Source of the DNA: an uncultured virus (IMG/VR IMGVR_UViG_3300028630_000295)
Taxonomy: Duplodnaviria; Heunggongvirae; Uroviricota; Caudoviricetes
Length of the DNA: 64,000 nucleotides
Direction: 5' to 3' (one strand)
IMG/VR virus record: IMGVR_UViG_3300028630_000295
Shown here one piece after another: positions 59,420 through 64,000 of this stretch. The first letter of the stretch is position 1, and each line of letters starts with the position of its first letter. Both the position numbers and the translations under genes were made by a program. Below the pieces are notes generated by a model, which saw only the letters and a list, made by a program, of their open reading frames with translations, was not told the DNA's origin and searched no databases.

Positions 59420-59869
59420 ATGAATAGAGCAGAACTAGAAGCAAAAACCGTAGATGAACTTCGTAGTATTTGTGTACGTTATGGTATCGTTGGAATGAGC
59501 AAGAAGAGGAAGGACATCATTGTTGATGCTCTTCTAGCATATTATAAAAGTAGTGCAGGACCAGTTTCAAAGTCCGGTTCCCAGAACCTCGATGAAATGA
59601 GGTCCGTTTTTCACAGTAAAGTTACGAATCCTGGTGCAGCAGCAGGAAACAAAACTTCTACCACAATCCTCGTATCCTGTGGTGCGGCGTATGGAAACTT
59701 TCCTGTGGTCGGGAAAACTGTGGGGTCCGTTGCCGAGTTTCTTCGGGAAGTCCTCAATGTTGACCGTATGTCACAAGGTGTCGTAAACGGTAAGCAGGTT
59801 GAAGATTCTTACCGTCTGAAAGAAGGGGACAATCTTGAGTTCCTGAAACCTGCTGGCCGCAAAGGTTAA
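59420..59869 (+). CDS. Ubiquitin-like protein with N-terminal Rho-N/HeH-like domain
   Basis: ELEAKTVDELRSIC...GMSKKRKDIIVDAL; C-terminal beta-grasp signature VNGKQVEDSYRLKEGDNLEFLKPAGRKG ending in Gly. Confidence 0.8.
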   Translation: MNRAELEAKTVDELRSICVRYGIVGMSKKRKDIIVDALLAYYKSSAGPVSKSGSQNLDEMRSVFHSKVTNPGAAAGNKTSTTILVSCGAAYGNFPVVGKTVGSVAEFLREVLNVDRMSQGVVNGKQVEDSYRLKEGDNLEFLKPAGRKG

Positions 59870-59877
59870 AAAATGAA

Positions 59878-59910
59878 GCTCCCAGTCTTCATGGAAAGAG
59901 GACTGGGAGC
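59878..59910 (+). terminator. GC-rich hairpin after the Ubl gene (terminator or 3' stabiliser)
   Basis: GCTCCCAGTCTTC-ATGGAAA-GAGGACTGGGAGC, 13 bp; U-tract weak. Confidence 0.65.
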
Positions 59911-59933
59911 CCATTTAATAAACTTATGGAGAA

Positions 59934-60425
59934 ATGATTATGGAAGATGGCAAGCAGATCAATCCTGAAAATCTATATCCCAAGTATTATTATCAATCGG
60001 ATGAAATCATTGGAAACGTGTATACAGCATGTATTCTAGTTGATAGATCTAACGGTGTAATTGTGTCAAGAGGTATAGCTGTAAGATCTCTTCTTGACAT
60101 GCATAAAAAAGCAACTGCCAGAAATATTGCTCATGGTAGAGCTATTAAAGCTATTGCCAATGTGAGTAGTTCTGATGAAATCAATGTTGATAGGCAGAGA
60201 GTTCCATCGTTTATTCTATTTAAGAAGAAAGATGGATTAACAGAAGAAGAAGCTCAGAAAATCAATGAGAGTTTCTTTATTCCAGAAGGATCCTCAAACA
60301 TTTATGTTCCAAGGTTCTATCCACTTGAGGTAACTGCAAAAGAGTTTAAATTCAAATCAGAATTTATGCCTCAACCTACTGAGAAGGAAAAGATGATTGC
60401 TACAAAGTTACCTAAAGTAAAATAG
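59934..60425 (+). CDS. Hypothetical phage protein
   Basis: GGAG RBS; RGIAVRS..D..KKATARNIAHGRA. Confidence 0.6.
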   Translation: MIMEDGKQINPENLYPKYYYQSDEIIGNVYTACILVDRSNGVIVSRGIAVRSLLDMHKKATARNIAHGRAIKAIANVSSSDEINVDRQRVPSFILFKKKDGLTEEEAQKINESFFIPEGSSNIYVPRFYPLEVTAKEFKFKSEFMPQPTEKEKMIATKLPKVK

Positions 60426-60430
60426 TATGA

Positions 60431-60544
60431 TTGGTGGGTGGGTGACCTGGGGAGGAACTTGATGCTAGATCCAAAAAAGGGTACAATTTTGATCCTTTAA
60501 ACCGACTAGTGTTCAAGGAGTAACCCACAGTAGCCCACCCCCAA
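60431..60544 (+). ncRNA. Unidentified ~115-nt rod-shaped structured RNA
   Basis: Nested stems TTGG/CCAA, GGGTGGGT/GCCCACCC, TGGG/CCCA, CTTGA/TCAAG, TGCTAG/CTAGTG, AAAGGGT/ATCCTTT; GC-rich island in AT-rich DNA. Confidence 0.65.
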
Positions 60545-60561
60545 ACTTTTAAGGAGTTTGT

Positions 60562-60816
60562 ATGGCATATAACCAAGAAAAGGATAAACTTTTAAAACTT
60601 TTTGAAATGGAATCCAATATTCCAGGAAACAGTCTTTTGGTTTCGATATTTTCATATGATAATGCAAAACCAAAGCTTCAAATTACAAGATCATATAAGA
60701 AAAAAGATGAAACATTAGGATATGCAGCTGCTGGAAGATTAACAATAGAAGAAGTAGAATTTCTGAAAAATAATATGGATGAAATTATTTCAACAATGAA
60801 AGGTATAGGTAAGTGA
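60562..60816 (+). CDS. PC4/YdbC-like nucleic-acid-binding protein
   Basis: LLVSIFSYDNAKPKLQITR...GRLTIEEVEFL; AAGGAG RBS. Confidence 0.55.
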   Translation: MAYNQEKDKLLKLFEMESNIPGNSLLVSIFSYDNAKPKLQITRSYKKKDETLGYAAAGRLTIEEVEFLKNNMDEIISTMKGIGK

Positions 60817-60853
60817 GATGCTTTCTCAACATTAGGGAACAAATAAATGTGGA

Positions 60854-61753
60854 TTGGAGGGATGTGATTTGTACGGTAGTATTTCCCTTATTGGTTTAGG
60901 ATCACTTGGTAGTTTTTTAGCTAGAACCCTCGTAGATGCAAGTCGTCATTTGAGAGAACTTATCTTGATAGATTATGATATAGTATCAGAAGATAATTTA
61001 GAGAGAAGTTTATACGATATAAATGATATAGGAAAATTGAAAATAGATGCCCTATTTGATAAAATAAGAAATTATAAACCAAGTTTATCAGTTCAAAAAC
61101 TTGCGACTAGATTAATTTCTGGATCACCACTTCCAATATGCGACTTACATATTGACTGTAGAGATTTTCATTATAATTCAATTGAAAATGTACCAATGAT
61201 AAGAACTTATATTTCTTCTGGAAAACTAGTTGTAGATTGTAGGGATAATATTAAACACCAACGAAATATAGAAGGTTCTTACTCAACGGTAGTTTTGAAA
61301 CACCATCTTTTATATGCTTCAACAATTATAGCAAATTTGATTGACACAGGAAATATTAAAAAATTAATTGACAAAAAATTAGTTCAAATTTTTGAACTAG
61401 ATTACCTCGAAAAGAAAATAGAAGATAAACTCAATAGAGTAGAAAATATGCCAGATGTGATTTATGACTCAGAATTTGATAGTCAGAAATTATTGAACTT
61501 ATTAGAATATTCTCAACCAATTATCTCTTCAAATAAAAACTCTCCTATTACAGTATATGTTGGTGGTCGAAATAGACCAACAGTTAAAGAAACAATTCCC
61601 CCAAATAGATTGTGTGATTTTAGTGACTTAATATCCTGTTTGTCACCATTAACACAATTGAGATTTTCTAGTAATTACTATATTGTGATATTTAGTCCAA
61701 TTACACCACATGGTCCTATCATTGAGTTAATTCCAGACGATGGTTCAGCGTAG
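60854..61753 (+). CDS. Second, divergent ThiF/E1-like protein
   Basis: LIGLGSLGS, IDYDIVSEDNLERS, GKLKIDAL, IDCRD; start codon uncertain. Confidence 0.8.
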   Translation: MEGCDLYGSISLIGLGSLGSFLARTLVDASRHLRELILIDYDIVSEDNLERSLYDINDIGKLKIDALFDKIRNYKPSLSVQKLATRLISGSPLPICDLHIDCRDFHYNSIENVPMIRTYISSGKLVVDCRDNIKHQRNIEGSYSTVVLKHHLLYASTIIANLIDTGNIKKLIDKKLVQIFELDYLEKKIEDKLNRVENMPDVIYDSEFDSQKLLNLLEYSQPIISSNKNSPITVYVGGRNRPTVKETIPPNRLCDFSDLISCLSPLTQLRFSSNYYIVIFSPITPHGPIIELIPDDGSA

Positions 61754-61761
61754 GATTAATC

Positions 61762-62109
61762 ATGGAAAAAAAGATTTTAAATTTTAAAAAAATTATAGTT
61801 CCTACGAGGGTGGTTTATCAGAATTCTATTAGAATAATCACTCGAATTAATTTGGATTTTGTAATCAATGGATATTCTATTTATCTAGATGAAGAATCTA
61901 GATTAGAGAAAGTAATAGTCAACGGAAAACATCCGAATAGTAATCCAGATACAAATGAGTTCTGTATTCCGATTCCGTTTAAAAATATGTTTAGAGTAAC
62001 GAAAAGTTATAGGAAAAGGTTAGAAGGAATGATGGCAACTTTTAATATGAATGATTGTTATTTTTCTCCGTGGTATGCTTTCTCCTATGATAAAGACTTT
62101 TATAACTAG
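61762..62109 (+). CDS. Small E2(UBC)-like protein
   Basis: HPN-x8-C motif (KHPNSNPDTNEFCIP) directly after a ThiF gene. Confidence 0.5.
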   Translation: MEKKILNFKKIIVPTRVVYQNSIRIITRINLDFVINGYSIYLDEESRLEKVIVNGKHPNSNPDTNEFCIPIPFKNMFRVTKSYRKRLEGMMATFNMNDCYFSPWYAFSYDKDFYN

Positions 62110-62117
62110 GAGGAAAT

Positions 62118-62333
62118 ATGTCTGTTAAGCATAGAAATCAGATTTTGGACACAATTGAAAACTTGGTAAGTGATCTTAAACAACCAGTAGAAAAAGCATT
62201 TCAAAGTTTAACTAATATTGTTCTAGATTTTAATCATGAAAGACTAATAAGAGCAATTGAAAAAAGAAAAACTCCAGAGCAACCACAAAAACCAAGTGAT
62301 GTTATTATTGATATTAAGGAGATTAAGGAATGA
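62118..62333 (+). CDS. Hypothetical protein
   Basis: AGGAGG RBS. Confidence 0.6.
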   Translation: MSVKHRNQILDTIENLVSDLKQPVEKAFQSLTNIVLDFNHERLIRAIEKRKTPEQPQKPSDVIIDIKEIKE

Positions 62334-62548
62334 AAACTGGTAAACTTCTTGGTGAGCAACTTCAACAAGAAATAATTGATTTAGTTAATGAAACAGCTCA
62401 AAAAGCAAATAGAGATATTACAAAAACAGAACTAAAACAGATTATCAAGGAGGTGATGCCCAATATTGAAGCAATGATTGCCAAGAATGTAAAACAACAT
62501 CTAAGATCTATAGCTGTTAATATATTAGAAAATACATCAGAGGAGTAA
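62330..62548 (+). CDS. Hypothetical protein
   Basis: AAGGAG RBS, ATGA overlap. Confidence 0.6.
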   Translation: MKTGKLLGEQLQQEIIDLVNETAQKANRDITKTELKQIIKEVMPNIEAMIAKNVKQHLRSIAVNILENTSEE

Positions 62549-62552
62549 AAAC

Positions 62553-64000
62553 ATGCCTTCATTGTTGGATCAAAACAAATTCGTTGAGGATTTGCCGGAA
62601 GTTTCTTCTGTATCAATTATGAGCAAAAGAAAGTTCCATCCAGAAGGACTTTTCTCTGAGCAGATTTTTGGACCTCTCAAAAATTATACATGCCAATGTG
62701 GAGTATATTATGGTTCTTCTAAATCAGGTGGGAAGTGCAAAACTTGCCAGGTTGATATAGTGAATAACAATGAGAGGAGAAAAAGGTTTGCTAAGATTAG
62801 ACTTCCTATTCCTGTAGTTAATCCAATCTTTTATGATCTCATTGTTAGTATTGGTGGGAATAACTTAAAGGCTACGATTGACACATTGATGAAAAAAGAC
62901 GATGTTAGTCTTTATAAGGATGGAAATGATTATGTATGCGTAGACGATAAATTAGTTCCTCCAAAAGTTAAAAAATGGGAAACATTAGAAGCAATCAATG
63001 AACTTATTACTGGAATTACAAAAGAAAATGTTAAAGGTGGGAATAAAAATTGGAAAATTATTCAAGATAATTTAGATAAACTATTTCTAAATTATGTTAT
63101 TGTTCTCCCACCTGATTTGAGACCAGCAGCAAAAGGGATTGAAAAGAACAGTCAGGTAGTAGATAAAATTAATAGATATTATATGCAAATACTAACTAAA
63201 AAAGAAATAATGAAAGAAACTATTATTAATGTAACCAATAATAAACAATTATTTTATACTTATTTTAAGCAGTTACAAAAAGATGTAAACGAATTATATG
63301 AGCATATTATTGAAAAGCTATCTAAAAAAGAAGGCTTAATCAGGGGAAATATTCTTGGAAAGAGAATTGACTTTTCTGGTCGAGCAGTTATCATTCCAGA
63401 TCCAACCCTATCTTTAGATGAATGTTGTTTACCATATATTATGGTTCTGGAATTGTTCAAGTTAAAAATCTCCAAAATTTTGATTGAGCTTGGAAAATTT
63501 AAACTTCTTAATGATGCTGTTGATTATATTGACAAGTGTATTGAATATAAAATTCCGGCTCTATACAAAATTGCAGAAGAAGCAATTTATGACGAAGTTT
63601 GTTTATTGAATAGACAACCATCTCTGCATAGATTGAGCATGGTTGGTTTCAAAATTAAGATGTCAGTGGATAATGTTATTAAAATTCACCCATTGGTTTG
63701 CTCTGGATTTAACGCAGACTTCGATGGAGATCAGATGGCTGTTTATATTCCAGTATCTGAAGAAGCTAAAGAAGAACTCAGACAAAAATTTCTATCAACA
63801 AAAAATCTTACAAATCCAGCAAACGAGAGTTTAACTACAACTCCAAGTCAGGATATTGTTCTTGGGATATATACATTGACATCTCATAGATTTAAAGAAT
63901 TAGAAGGTAAAGTAGAATATAAAGGAAAAGAAATTACAGAAGCACAAAAAATATTTAATGAAGCACTACCAGAATCTTATCCAATTATTGATTATGTTGT
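62553..64000 (+). CDS. RNA polymerase beta'-like subunit, copy 2 (3' truncated by window; missing from ORF track)
   Basis: Manual translation: MPSLLD...GLFSEQIFGPLKNYTCQC...CKTC...VLPPDLRP...LGKRIDFSGRAVI...NRQPSLH...GFNADFDGDQM (63711-63731); GAGGAG RBS. Confidence 0.95.
   Translation, partial: MPSLLDQNKFVEDLPEVSSVSIMSKRKFHPEGLFSEQIFGPLKNYTCQCGVYYGSSKSGGKCKTCQVDIVNNNERRKRFAKIRLPIPVVNPIFYDLIVSIGGNNLKATIDTLMKKDDVSLYKDGNDYVCVDDKLVPPKVKKWETLEAINELITGITKENVKGGNKNWKIIQDNLDKLFLNYVIVLPPDLRPAAKGIEKNSQVVDKINRYYMQILTKKEIMKETIINVTNNKQLFYTYFKQLQKDVNELYEHIIEKLSKKEGLIRGNILGKRIDFSGRAVIIPDPTLSLDECCLPYIMVLELFKLKISKILIELGKFKLLNDAVDYIDKCIEYKIPALYKIAEEAIYDEVCLLNRQPSLHRLSMVGFKIKMSVDNVIKIHPLVCSGFNADFDGDQMAVYIPVSEEAKEELRQKFLSTKNLTNPANESLTTTPSQDIVLGIYTLTSHRFKELEGKVEYKGKEITEAQKIFNEALPESYPIIDYV

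Noticed and set aside
60431..60544. tRNA or SRP RNA
   Set aside because: No cloverleaf; the apical loop is not the SRP GNRA tetraloop with its conserved flanking loop
2433..63475. All minus-strand ORFs in the supplied track, and short alternative-frame plus-strand ORFs inside long genes
   Set aside because: They overlap well-supported plus-strand genes, lack RBSs and motifs, and show the F/L/S/I-rich composition of antisense shadows
1..64000. Stop-codon reassignment, introns or inteins
   Set aside because: Conserved genes are full length in the standard code and end with TAA, TAG and TGA; no insertions seen in RNAP, RNR, RecA, topoisomerase or helicase

Overview
AT-rich, gene-dense segment of a large (jumbo-type) tailed dsDNA phage. 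All credible genes are on the + strand and read in the standard genetic code. It carries T4-like replication and recombination genes: clamp loader, primase, probable clamp, 5'-3' exonuclease, RuvC-like resolvase, RecA/UvsX, SF2 helicase, Mre11/Rad50 pair, type II topoisomerase and class II RNR. It also has virion genes (neck, baseplate wedge, gp5-like hub) and its own transcription machinery. That machinery comprises an unsplit beta'+beta RNA polymerase pair, a second beta' paralogue that runs off the right end (absent from the ORF track), a probable sigma-like specificity subunit and two recurring promoter-like motifs. The most unusual items are: (1) a ~300-nt structured ncRNA with phased 7-nt repeats directly behind a DIP1984/DUF6847-like coiled-coil gene; (2) a complete phage-borne ubiquitin-like conjugation locus (E2-D, JAB, E1, Rho-N-fused Ubl) plus a second E1/E2-like pair; (3) a 13-member family of small CxxCxGxG...W(I/V)D zinc-finger genes; (4) four FVTNSSS-leader proteins; (5) a second ~115-nt structured RNA. 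Family assignments come from motif recognition and memory only; no searches were run.
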